From positions 1 to 38,076 of the forward strand of contig JAHJDQ010000150.1 in the NCBI GenBank assembly GCA_018812355.1: DNA of 38,076 nt, read 5' to 3'. Below the pieces are notes generated by a model. That model did no database searches, was not told where the DNA came from, and saw nothing but the letters and a program-made list of their open reading frames with translations. The stretch is from Nanobdellota archaeon. GTDB lineage: Archaea; Nanobdellota; Nanobdellia; Woesearchaeales; GW2011-AR9. Numbering within the stretch: position 1 is the stretch's first letter; every line of letters begins with the position of its first letter. This document shows positions 19,076 to 28,028 of this stretch, in pieces. Made by a program: the position numbers and the translations under genes.

Positions 19076-20509
19076 TTAACCTCCACAACCGCAGCCTCCT
19101 CCTCCGCCACCACAACTCCCTCCTGAAGGAACTTCAATATTATTTAATTCTTCCTGTACAGAATTAACATCAAGATTATCTTTAACCACAAATACTCCTG
19201 GAATCATGCCCATCCAGCAGCTCCAGGAAATTGTTCCTGTTTCTGTCGGCGTAAATTCAATTACTTGTTCTCCTTTTTTAATGTCAAACTTCAATCCTAA
19301 CTTCGGAACTTGAATCGCGTTATTACATCCATTAATTTCCTTACCTTCAATAATCCATTTTACGGGAACATCTTTTTGTAAGACAAATTTATCCGGTTCC
19401 CAACCATAACGGTTTACTTCCATTCTGATTTCTTGATAACCCTCATTTAAAACTAGTCCTCCCGTGGGGGAACTGTCCTCGCCTAAAACAGTAAAACCAG
19501 ATGTCAAAGAATTTAAATCATAACCAGAACCGGTAAGTGCTAAACCGCGATTAATCATAATCAAACCAAGAACTATTACGACAACTCCAGACGCTTTCAA
19601 GATTTTATGGGTGGCTTTCTTACTAATGATACTAGTAAGATAACCAAAACCAAGCATTACTGGTAGAGTGCCGAGAGCAAAGACAAACAATAATTTTGCC
19701 CCTTCTAACCAACTTCCCGTTCCTGCTGCCATAATATAAATCGCTTGCAATGGACCACAGGCAATCATTAAACCGTTTAACAAACCAATCACTAACGGAT
19801 TATTAGAATGGGTTTTTGATTCTTTACCAACAAACTTACTTACAAACTTAGGCATTCTTATCTGAAATTTTCTTAAAGCTGGAATCACATTCAACATTTT
19901 CAACCCGAAAATTACTAAAAATAATCCTGCTATAATTCCGGCTCCTCCTCTCATCGCCGGAGTAAAGGCAATAATACTTCCTAATAATCCAAAAGCTGCT
20001 CCAATCACAGTATAAGATATTAATTTACCAATTCCATACGATAAATGTAATCTTGCTGGTTTCTTACCTTCCTCTGCTCCTTTAGCCGTATAAGAAACCA
20101 CAAAACCGCCGCACATCCCGACACAATGAAACCCAGTCAATAAACCCACGACAAATAATAATCCATAACTCATTCCTGCACTAATTGCCGGAAGTTGAAT
20201 CTTCCCATAAATTGTCCAGGCAAAATAAATTACTAAAATAAAACCAATTCCGGCAAAAGCCCAACCTAACCAACTATTTTTCTTGTTCCCATCAAAATCT
20301 TTACACAGATAACCTTTATCTTCAATCGCTTTTTTAATCTCGCCTAAAGATACCACTGCTGGATCATACTCAATCTCTGTCTTTTCAGTAGCGTAATCAA
20401 CATCAATTCCTTTTACTCCCTTTAATTTTAAAACTTGCTTCGCAATAATCTTCTCACAACTATGACAAGTCATTCCTGCAGTTTTAATTGTTTTTTTTGT
20501 TAATACCAT
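19076..20509 (-). CDS. HMA + DsbD_2/TauE-like membrane domain + cupredoxin fusion protein
   Basis: GMTCHSC, GFHCVGMCGG, LNGLMIACGPLQ, FALGTLP, C-terminal GCNN...SCWMGM, Gly/Cys tail GGSCGGGGGGCGCGG. Confidence 0.88.
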   Translation of the reverse strand: MVLTKKTIKTAGMTCHSCEKIIAKQVLKLKGVKGIDVDYATEKTEIEYDPAVVSLGEIKKAIEDKGYLCKDFDGNKKNSWLGWAFAGIGFILVIYFAWTIYGKIQLPAISAGMSYGLLFVVGLLTGFHCVGMCGGFVVSYTAKGAEEGKKPARLHLSYGIGKLISYTVIGAAFGLLGSIIAFTPAMRGGAGIIAGLFLVIFGLKMLNVIPALRKFQIRMPKFVSKFVGKESKTHSNNPLVIGLLNGLMIACGPLQAIYIMAAGTGSWLEGAKLLFVFALGTLPVMLGFGYLTSIISKKATHKILKASGVVVIVLGLIMINRGLALTGSGYDLNSLTSGFTVLGEDSSPTGGLVLNEGYQEIRMEVNRYGWEPDKFVLQKDVPVKWIIEGKEINGCNNAIQVPKLGLKFDIKKGEQVIEFTPTETGTISWSCWMGMIPGVFVVKDNLDVNSVQEELNNIEVPSGGSCGGGGGGCGCGG

Positions 20510-20546
20510 TTTGTTTTTTCAAATAAAAAAATAAAAATAAAAATTT

Positions 20547-20750
20547 TTATTCTACTTTGTAGCCCTCCTTTTTGATTGCTTGCTTAATCTTTTCAGCAGT
20601 AATCTTTTTCTCATCAAACTCAATCACTGCTTTTCCGGATTTGGCATCGATCTTACTTTTCTTAACACCTAAATCTTCCAAGGCATCTGCAATCAACATT
20701 GCACAACTATTACAGTGCATCCCTTTAATCTTTAAGTTTATTTCAGCCAT
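20547..20750 (-). CDS. copZ: Copper chaperone (HMA domain)
   Basis: IKGMHCNSC...EGYKV; start moved to ATG 20750 after GAGG RBS. Confidence 0.88.
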   Translation of the reverse strand: MAEINLKIKGMHCNSCAMLIADALEDLGVKKSKIDAKSGKAVIEFDEKKITAEKIKQAIKKEGYKVE

Positions 20751-20760
20751 GTTTTTCCTC

Positions 20761-21648
20761 TCAATTAAGTTCTGCTTCAATCACTTGCGCAAACGCTGCG
20801 AAAGGTTGTGCACCAGAGATTAGTTTACCATTAACAATAAATCCCGGAGTTCCACTAATTCCTGCTCTTTGTCCGTCAGAAAAGTCTTTTCGAACTTCTC
20901 CTGCCATTGCTCCTGAATCTAAACAAGTGTTAAATTCAGCAGTATCTAAACCAATACTCGCAGCATAACTTTTGAAAGCAGTTACTCCTCCACTAACACC
21001 ATTCTCAAACAACTTATCATGCATTTCAAAATATTTGTCTTGCTCACCAGCACATTCAGCGGCTTCTGCTGCTTTTTGGGCATTTTGATGGAAACTTAAC
21101 GGGAAGTCTCGATAAATTAATTTAACCTTACCAGTCTCAATATACTCAGATCTTAATTGTTGTAAAGTGCCACTATAAAATTTTTCACAGAATGGACATT
21201 CATAATCACTCCACTCTACTATTGTTACGGGCGCATCTTCATCTCCTTCAATTGCATCGTCATCAATTAAAGCTTCCATGTCTACGGCTGCTGCTGCTGC
21301 GCTCGGCGCATTATCTACTCCTGTCGGCAAATCGCCATCATCTGTATTAACGACAACACTTCCATCAGGAAGTTTCACAGCAATGAATAACAACAAAGCA
21401 ATCTGCACAATTACTGCAGCTGCTAAAAATTTCTGAAAACTGTTTAAACCTTTATCCGAACAACATTCTTTTTTCTCAGCAACCCGATGATGTGGTTTAT
21501 GGTGTTCTGGCTTGTGTTTTTTTCCTTCATGATATTCATGAATTTTTTGCTCATGTGGTTTGTGTTCTTTATGTTCTGGAACATGATGTCCCTTATCTTC
21601 AGAGGGCTTATGCTCATGTTCGCCTCCTTCTTTTTCAAAATGTGTCAT
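20761..21648 (-). CDS. DsbA/BdbD-like oxidoreductase with His-rich N-terminus
   Basis: His/Glu/Lys-rich leader, CC, TM helix, EWSDYECPFC, GTPGFIVNG. Confidence 0.9.
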   Translation of the reverse strand: MTHFEKEGGEHEHKPSEDKGHHVPEHKEHKPHEQKIHEYHEGKKHKPEHHKPHHRVAEKKECCSDKGLNSFQKFLAAAVIVQIALLLFIAVKLPDGSVVVNTDDGDLPTGVDNAPSAAAAAVDMEALIDDDAIEGDEDAPVTIVEWSDYECPFCEKFYSGTLQQLRSEYIETGKVKLIYRDFPLSFHQNAQKAAEAAECAGEQDKYFEMHDKLFENGVSGGVTAFKSYAASIGLDTAEFNTCLDSGAMAGEVRKDFSDGQRAGISGTPGFIVNGKLISGAQPFAAFAQVIEAELN

Positions 21649-21712
21649 TTTTTCTTACCTCAAATTAATTTTCAATTAATTCTCTCTTGCTCCTTTATTA
21701 ATATTATTATTT

Positions 21713-21934
21713 TTAATTGATTATTTTTTGCATCATCACTTTGTAACCTTCTTCCTCAATTCCATCTCTAATTCTGTTTGGAGTTAAATGTCTATCATCA
21801 AAGTCCACTCTTACTATGCCCTTATCTTTATCTGCTTTACTTTTCTTAACTCCTAAATCTTCCAAAGCATCACTAATTAATATTTCACAACTATGGCAAT
21901 GGATGCCATCAACCCTAAATATTGCAGTTTTCAT
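21713..21934 (-). CDS. copZ: Copper chaperone (HMA domain), paralog
   Basis: VDGIHCHSC...DALEDLGVKKSK...EEGYKV. Confidence 0.88.
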   Translation of the reverse strand: MKTAIFRVDGIHCHSCEILISDALEDLGVKKSKADKDKGIVRVDFDDRHLTPNRIRDGIEEEGYKVMMQKIIN

Positions 21935-22014
21935 TTATCACCACCCATTTTGTTTTTATTTATGTACCAAATAATCACCCCAATTAAAGCTATAACTAAT
22001 ATTAGTCCAAACAT
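21931..22014 (-). CDS. 27-aa single-TM peptide (not in ORF track)
   Basis: MFGLILVIALIGVIIWYINKNKMGGDK; strong GGAGG RBS; TGA overlaps copZ ATG (ATGA). Confidence 0.7.
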   Translation of the reverse strand: MFGLILVIALIGVIIWYINKNKMGGDK

Positions 22015-22027
22015 TTTCCCCCCTCCT

Positions 22028-22501
22028 TCAAGCAAACCTCGACTTGCCTGCTTCTATCTCCGCAGTTTTAATAACTACATTCCCATCTTCAATTGTATGA
22101 CTGAGATAACTCGGCCAGCACCCATAACCTTTATTCTTTGATCCTAAACCGTCAATACTAAACACTCTTCCACAATTATTACATTTAATATCCCTGCCTT
22201 GTTGGACATAACCTTTATAGCCGCCGCAAACATCACAAGCATCGAAAGCAGTTCTTACTTTACCATCCGAACCTCTTACTGCAAAGTATGTTATTGTAAC
22301 ACCATTAGCATCATAATTATATTTCTTGACTGTATTAGTAACATCGTCTAATGGAATCTTAACTACATCATCACCAACAAAATTACTATCTTCAATTGCT
22401 GCACCTGTAACACTATTATTAGTATCACTCCCAGAACAACCAACAATAGCAATTAAAGCTAACATCATCAATCCAATCATAATTTTTTTAATCATTTTCA
22501 C
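22028..22501 (-). CDS. DUF2318-like (predicted Fe-S/metal-binding) lipoprotein
   Basis: Lipobox IVGC, TAFDACDVC, GY.Q.G, CNNCG..F, GCWP. Confidence 0.85.
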   Translation of the reverse strand: MKMIKKIMIGLMMLALIAIVGCSGSDTNNSVTGAAIEDSNFVGDDVVKIPLDDVTNTVKKYNYDANGVTITYFAVRGSDGKVRTAFDACDVCGGYKGYVQQGRDIKCNNCGRVFSIDGLGSKNKGYGCWPSYLSHTIEDGNVVIKTAEIEAGKSRFA

Positions 22502-22548
22502 ATAAACCTCTCTACTTTCAAGAATGAAACGCTTTATAAAAGATGTAG

Positions 22549-22562
22549 TGAAACTAGTTTCA
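22549..22562. promoter_or_regulatory. Perfect 14-bp palindrome TGAAACTAGTTTCA upstream of the island promoter
   Basis: Just upstream of the minus-strand TTTTATAAA box (22533-22541); related TTTCA-N4-TGAAA at 22516-22529. Confidence 0.55.
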
Positions 22563-22569
22563 GAAGTAA

Positions 22570-23049
22570 TTATTTAAGAATTATTACGTTAGTCATGCCA
22601 CGTCTTTTCCGTTCAATTAAACCTTTTCCTTCTAATCGATCCAGTAAACGGCTAACCTTAACTTTACTTAATTTAGTTTCCTTAATTAAATCACTTTGGT
22701 AAATTGAACCATCCTCTCTCAGAACAATTTGCATAATCTTTTTCTCCTCTTCATCTAAATTTTCTATTTTACTATTCAATTCTTCCTTTGACAATTTAGT
22801 TTCTTTTTTATGCAATCGTAAATCTTCTTTCATCAAGAAACTAATAAATAATCCTACTACAACTAATAATCCCATTAAACTGTAACTGATAATTTCTTGT
22901 GTGCGTAAAGTTATCTGCATCGGACAACTTGTTCCATGCGTACAAGTAGTATCAATAATTGTCTTAATTGCATTGTTGTAGGACATCACTACAAAAAAGA
23001 ATAATAAAGCAATTCCAATAATTAAAAAACCGACATGTTTATTTTTCAT
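22570..23049 (-). CDS. Membrane-anchored winged-helix regulator (COG2512/MarR-like)
   Basis: Two TM helices around a CTHGTSCPM loop; C-terminal DGSIYQSDL...SKVKVSRLLDRLEGKGLIERKRRGMTN. Confidence 0.85.
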   Translation of the reverse strand: MKNKHVGFLIIGIALLFFFVVMSYNNAIKTIIDTTCTHGTSCPMQITLRTQEIISYSLMGLLVVVGLFISFLMKEDLRLHKKETKLSKEELNSKIENLDEEEKKIMQIVLREDGSIYQSDLIKETKLSKVKVSRLLDRLEGKGLIERKRRGMTNVIILK

Positions 23050-23998
23050 TATTCTTACTCTTCTTTACTTTCTTTATATTTTTTGCTATCTCCAGTTCGC
23101 TCAAAGGACGATTGTCCTTTGGCGTCCCAGAAATTTGAGAATTTCTCAGGACGCTAAAGATTGTACAAGCTTTACAAATTTCCTGAGCACAAGCTTGTTT
23201 ACATTTTTGACAAGTATTAATCTTAACTTTCTTCTCCTTCTTCAAATTACTTTTCATCTGTTCTTGGAACTTAACAATATTATATTTGAAATCAGGATGC
23301 TTCTTTTCAAATTCAGTAAAGATTTCCCGGTACTCTCTCCGATAAGCTTTAACTGAACACGGACAGATCCCATAATTAACTGGAAATTTCATCAACTGTG
23401 AATATCTTTTCGTTTCTGCATTCTGTAAAAAATATAACGGCTTTACTCTTTGCACAAACTTTTTCGATCGCGTAACTCCAGTCATCGGACCTTGCCGCCG
23501 AGCTAACTTAAAATCATTCCTAAACAAGTTCATCGTCATCGTTTCTGCTTCATCATCTAAATTATGACCAGTAGCTAAGAAATCAAACTTAAATTTTCTT
23601 GCATATTTATTCAACAAATACCTTTTCAAGATTCCACAAATCATACAAGAGGAATAATTATAACCTTTCTCTTTCAAAACATCTCTGATGTAACATAATG
23701 ATTTCCCAAATTCTTCCCTAAACGAAACAATATGTAATGGAATTTCATATTTCTTACACACTTCTTGTAGATTTTCTAAATTCTTTTGCGTATAAGATCC
23801 AATCTTAGCATCAATCGTAATCCCTTCAACATTAAAGCCAAGTTTATGCAGTACATAAAGCAACACAGTTGAATCTTTCCCACCAGAAACCGCTACCGCT
23901 ATCCTATCTTTATGAGTAAACAATTTATACTTTCTAATCGTATCATTTACTTTCTTCTCAAAGTACTTTTTGAATTTATTACTGGGCATTTCTGGCAT
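23039..23998 (-). CDS. ttuA: tRNA 2-thiolation protein, TtuA/Ncs6 (TtcA superfamily)
   Basis: PP-loop AVSGGKDS, CMICG, ATGHNLDDEAET, RVKPL, CP, C-terminal CxxC...CxxC zinc finger. Confidence 0.85.
   Translation of the reverse strand: MPEMPSNKFKKYFEKKVNDTIRKYKLFTHKDRIAVAVSGGKDSTVLLYVLHKLGFNVEGITIDAKIGSYTQKNLENLQEVCKKYEIPLHIVSFREEFGKSLCYIRDVLKEKGYNYSSCMICGILKRYLLNKYARKFKFDFLATGHNLDDEAETMTMNLFRNDFKLARRQGPMTGVTRSKKFVQRVKPLYFLQNAETKRYSQLMKFPVNYGICPCSVKAYRREYREIFTEFEKKHPDFKYNIVKFQEQMKSNLKKEKKVKINTCQKCKQACAQEICKACTIFSVLRNSQISGTPKDNRPLSELEIAKNIKKVKKSKNNEK
23102..23155. repeat. Tandem-hairpin palindromic element inside ttuA 3' end
   Basis: CAAAGGAC-GATT-GTCCTTTG followed by GCGTCC-C-AGAAATT-TGAG-AATTTCT-CA-GGACGC. 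Confidence 0.7.
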
Positions 23999-24140
23999 GT
24001 TTTATATTCTAGAGTAGCTATTTTATAAGTGTTTTGGAGAATTCATTTACTTTAATTTATTTTTCTTTTTTCCAGTTAAATGAAAATAATTTTCTTTTGA
24101 AATGAGAGATTTACATTTGTTTCTTAATCTTTTTGCCTCT

Positions 24141-24659
24141 TCAATTTCTATTTGTTTTAATTCTTTTTTTATTTGTTCTCCTTTCACTTGTTCTAATAGA
24201 ACGAATTCTTTCTAGTAATTCATCGAAGTAATCTTTCCCAAAGAATTGGCCATTCTTTAACCGATCATCATCAAGAACAAATCCTTTGATGATAAACTCT
24301 TTTAATTTCTTTGTGGCCCAGATTCTGAATTGAGTGGCTTTTTGAGAATTTACGCGGTACCCAACTGAGATAATAGCGTCTAAGTTATAAAACAATTGTT
24401 CTCTTTCTATGTCTCTCTTCCCTTCTTTTTGAACTATTCGAATTTTTCGAATTGTTGAACTTTCAGGCAACTCTCCTGACTTAAATATCTCTTTTAAATG
24501 ATAATTGATAGTATTTATTTCTACATCAAATAACTCTGACATCTTCTTCTGAGTAAGCCAGATATTTTCATTATGGACAAATACTTCTACTTTAATATCT
24601 CCTTGTGGGGAAGTATAAATTAGAAATTCAATTGGTTTCGCTAGTTGATTTTTAATCAT
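24141..24659 (-). pseudogene. RhuM (virulence RhuM family) protein, probably 3'-truncated
   Basis: IWLTQKKMSELF, HLKEIF, YNLDAIISVGYRVNS..ATQFRIWAT, KGFVLDDDRLK, DYFDELLERIRSIR.SERR; similarity stops there. Confidence 0.75.
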
Positions 24660-24768
24660 TTTTTCTCATAATAAGCTCAAAGAATTACTCCTTTATATTC
24701 TTTACCCGTACTTGTCGAGTGGGTGAGTGGGTCTTTTTTGGAGTAAAAAAGTGTAGTTTTTTACAACT

Positions 24769-25413
24769 CTACTTCCTTCTCCAATGTCTAACCAAAACAA
24801 TAACCACATAAATCAAAATAGTAGATATAGCTCCAATCAAAAACCATAAAGCAATGTCTGGCTGTTGTACACCTGTACTAATTACTTGATCCGTTGCTTC
24901 CATCGCTAATTCAGCCACTTCCGGAGCATTATCAGCAACCATTTGTTGAGAAGTCGCCATTACTTCTCTACCAGCTTCTTCAGCAAAAACAGCTTTTTCA
25001 AAAGTTCCTACTCTACCAGTAAACATCTGCACGGCCTTAATCACCGCACTTATCCCTAACGCAATCAATCCCACCGGTAAGATTCCTTTCAACTTTTCTT
25101 TCAAACCAGAAATTTTTTTAGGAGCAATAATAATATACTTATTTGCTAATTTGTAATGATTAACCTCTCTTCCTTTCGGACTGTAATGATATTCATCTAC
25201 ATCAATTAATTTTGCTTCCGTTAATTTTTGTAAATGATAATGCACTGTAGAGATAGGAATGTCTAATTCTTTCGCTACATTCGCTTCCGTCTCGTGCTCC
25301 TTCTCGGCTAAATAATTAAGAATCTTACGACTAGTATCCGAAGTTATTGTTTCTGCTAACTTCTTCGTTTTCTTTTCGTTCAAATCCACCAGTAAAAAGT
25401 TGTTCTTGGCCAT
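24769..25413 (-). CDS. ArsR-like winged-helix regulator with two C-terminal TM segments
   Basis: TSRKILNYL, VAKELDIPISTVHYHLQKL, YSPKGREVNHY, then hydrophobic helices. Confidence 0.85.
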   Translation of the reverse strand: MAKNNFLLVDLNEKKTKKLAETITSDTSRKILNYLAEKEHETEANVAKELDIPISTVHYHLQKLTEAKLIDVDEYHYSPKGREVNHYKLANKYIIIAPKKISGLKEKLKGILPVGLIALGISAVIKAVQMFTGRVGTFEKAVFAEEAGREVMATSQQMVADNAPEVAELAMEATDQVISTGVQQPDIALWFLIGAISTILIYVVIVLVRHWRRK

Positions 25414-25480
25414 ACTAACAAAATATTTTTCTTATTTAAATAACTATTGATAATTTCAATCACAGTAAAAGTTATCATCC

Positions 25481-26452
25481 CTAAAAATCAATTGGGAAAT
25501 AGATCTGCCTAACAATAACATAAGCAATAAATAAAGCAATCAAGACAACTGCTTCCCATTTATTCAGTTTCTCATTTCTTAACAAGAAAAATAAAATGAC
25601 AAAAGCAGTAATAATCTTTACCGGTAAATCATACAACACGACCACATTCGGTACGGCATAGGTAGAGATTAACGCTCCTAAACCAATCCCAAACAAAGGG
25701 TTGGTAATATTGCTACCAATTAAAATACCTGCCGAAATACTTCCCCGTTTTTTTAGAATAGCAATTAAGGAAGTGGTTAATTCTGGTAAAGCTGAAGCGA
25801 TTCCTAAAATAATTACCCCAAAAAAAGAAGCACTGATTGGTAGAGTAGCAACTAAAACTGTCGACGCATCTAGAACTTCATCAGCAACCACCGCCATAAT
25901 AATAAAACTAAAGCCAATTAAAGAGAGGGCCCAGAAAATTCCTTTTTTACTCAAATGGTTGGTCGCTTTAAACTGTTCACTAATCTTGCTTTTTTTCAAA
26001 TAAACTAAATAACCCACATAAGCCAGTAACATAATCGCTCCTTCCAACCGAGAAATAAAACCACCTAACGAAAAAACCCAAACTAAAAGAGAAGCTGCAA
26101 TTAAACCACCCATTTCGGACAACAAGTTTTTCCTAATCACAATTATTGCTCCTACTAAACCGACAACTGGTAACACAAAATTCTGCTGAAAAATGTCTGA
26201 ACCAATATTCGTGCCAATCAATAATCCAGATAAAGTATTAAGTGTACTCGGATCTTTAACAATGTTAATACTCCCAATAATATGGGTCATAATTTCTGGG
26301 ATACTCGTGCCGATCGAAAGAACAGTTAAACCAATAAACGTTCCTGAGAAACCATAGTGGTTTGCTAATTCGATCGAATTTTTAATAATCATTGATGCTA
26401 GGAGTAAAATTATGATAAATCCAATTAAAATCGTTAGTGATTCAATTAACAT
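25481..26452 (-). CDS. Sodium/calcium exchanger (YrbG/CaCA family)
   Basis: Alpha repeats GTSIPE...GSD and ASALPEL...GSNITN, about 10 TM helices. Confidence 0.9.
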   Translation of the reverse strand: MLIESLTILIGFIIILLLASMIIKNSIELANHYGFSGTFIGLTVLSIGTSIPEIMTHIIGSINIVKDPSTLNTLSGLLIGTNIGSDIFQQNFVLPVVGLVGAIIVIRKNLLSEMGGLIAASLLVWVFSLGGFISRLEGAIMLLAYVGYLVYLKKSKISEQFKATNHLSKKGIFWALSLIGFSFIIMAVVADEVLDASTVLVATLPISASFFGVIILGIASALPELTTSLIAILKKRGSISAGILIGSNITNPLFGIGLGALISTYAVPNVVVLYDLPVKIITAFVILFFLLRNEKLNKWEAVVLIALFIAYVIVRQIYFPIDF

Positions 26453-26497
26453 TAAAGTAAAGAAATATAAAGACCTATTTATTATTTACTATTTACT

Positions 26498-26755
26498 ATG
26501 GAAAAATTACGTCAAAAGATCGATCAAATTGATCAACAACTATTAAAATTGCTTCAACAAAGAAAAGAGTTAGTGTTACAAATAGCTGAATTAAAGAAAG
26601 ATTCTCAACTTCCCTTAAAGCAGCCAGAACGCGAAAAAATAGTTTTAGAAAAAATAGCTCAATTAAGTGCAAAATTAGGTTTAGATCAAAAATTTACTCA
26701 AGATTTATTTAAGTTGATTATAAAAAATTCGTTACAACAACAAAAATTGCTATAA
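26498..26755 (+). CDS. Stand-alone chorismate mutase, AroQ class
   Basis: LRQKIDQIDQQLLKLL..R......IAELK, QPERE, II..S...Q. Confidence 0.85.
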   Translation: MEKLRQKIDQIDQQLLKLLQQRKELVLQIAELKKDSQLPLKQPEREKIVLEKIAQLSAKLGLDQKFTQDLFKLIIKNSLQQQKLL

Positions 26756-26804
26756 ACAATTTTTGAGCTGTAAATAAAGCTTCAACTTTATTTACAACAA
26801 CAAA

Positions 26805-27008
26805 ATGGAATGTCAAAAAGAAGAAAATAAACAAAACTGTAATTGTACCTATCCTGGCTGTTCCAGAAAAGGGATTTGTTGTGAATGTATCAGACATCAT
26901 TTAAAAAACCGCCAATTACCCGGTTGTTGTTTTAATCAAGAAGGAGAGAAAACCTACGACAGAAGTTTTGAACATTTCGTCAAATTAGTTCAAGAAAACA
27001 AAGTTTAA
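26805..27008 (+). CDS. Small Cys-rich protein (DUF6485-like)
   Basis: CNCTYPGCSRKGICCECIRHH...LPGCCF...TYDRS. Confidence 0.8.
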   Translation: MECQKEENKQNCNCTYPGCSRKGICCECIRHHLKNRQLPGCCFNQEGEKTYDRSFEHFVKLVQENKV

Positions 27009-27068
27009 GTTAATCTAACCACAACTATTTTAAACTCTTTTATTATTTCATTCATATAAAAGAGGTCT

Positions 27069-28028
27069 ATGATGTTCAAAGAAGATGTTTTATGTATAGG
27101 TTCGGCTACTTTAGATCATTTCTTAACTGTTGAGCAATCTTTAAAATCAATCAAACTGGGTGATAAAGTTCTAGTTAATCGGATGGAAAAACATTCTGGC
27201 GGAGGAGCAACTAATGCCGCGGCAGCTTTATCCAAACTGGGATTAAAAGTAAAAATTCTTTCTAAATTAGGGAATGATCATGATGCAGATTTTATTTTGA
27301 AAGAAATGAAACAGTACAAAGTAAAAAACATCTGTTTGCATCATAGTTATAAAAATACTGACTTCTCAACTTTAATCTCTTCTTCTAAAGAAAAAGACCG
27401 TGTTATTTACGTGCATAAGGGGGCTTCTCAAGATCTTCTTAATACCGATTTCAAAAAATCACAATTAAAAGCAAAATGGATCTATTTATCTTCTCTCTTA
27501 GGAAAATCATTTCAAACCGCTACTGAAATTGTTCAGTATGCACAAAAAAAGAAAATTAAAATTTTGTTCAATCCTTCATTATATTTAGATAAAAAAGGCA
27601 AAAGTTACCTTGCTTCCATTTTAAAAAAGACTACTATTTTAGTTTTGAATAAAGAGGAAGCAGCTGCTTTGAGTAAGACTAACACCATTAAAAAAATGCT
27701 CTTAAAACTGCATCAGTTTGGACCAGAAACAGTAGTAATTACTAATGGTATCAAAAAACTTCATGCTTTACATGAAAATATCATTTATTCATTAATCCCC
27801 TCTGATGTTAAAGTTGTCCATACGGCAGGGGCAGGAGATGCTTTCACTTCTGGCTTATTAGCAGGGATAATCAAGAATTATTCATTTACGGATGCTTTAC
27901 GTTTAGGGCAAGTTAATTCCTATGCTGTCATCCAACACATCGGTACGAAGAATAAATTGCTCACTGAAAAAGAAGCCAAATTAATGATGAGGAAATATAA
28001 GATTAAGGTGCACAAAAATGTCCTCTAG
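27069..28028 (+). CDS. PfkB/ribokinase family sugar kinase
   Basis: IGSATLD, GGGATNAA, LGND, NP, LNKEEA, VITNG, TAGAGDAF. Confidence 0.92.
   Translation: MMFKEDVLCIGSATLDHFLTVEQSLKSIKLGDKVLVNRMEKHSGGGATNAAAALSKLGLKVKILSKLGNDHDADFILKEMKQYKVKNICLHHSYKNTDFSTLISSSKEKDRVIYVHKGASQDLLNTDFKKSQLKAKWIYLSSLLGKSFQTATEIVQYAQKKKIKILFNPSLYLDKKGKSYLASILKKTTILVLNKEEAAALSKTNTIKKMLLKLHQFGPETVVITNGIKKLHALHENIIYSLIPSDVKVVHTAGAGDAFTSGLLAGIIKNYSFTDALRLGQVNSYAVIQHIGTKNKLLTEKEAKLMMRKYKIKVHKNVL

Noticed and set aside
20653..20687. 35-nt near-identity with 21837-21871
   Set aside because: Explained by copZ paralogy (DALEDLGVKKSK); not a separate repeat element
25446..25460. ATTGA-N5-TCAAT palindrome upstream of the ArsR-TM gene
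   Set aside because: Short and AT-rich, plausible by chance, with no second copy seen
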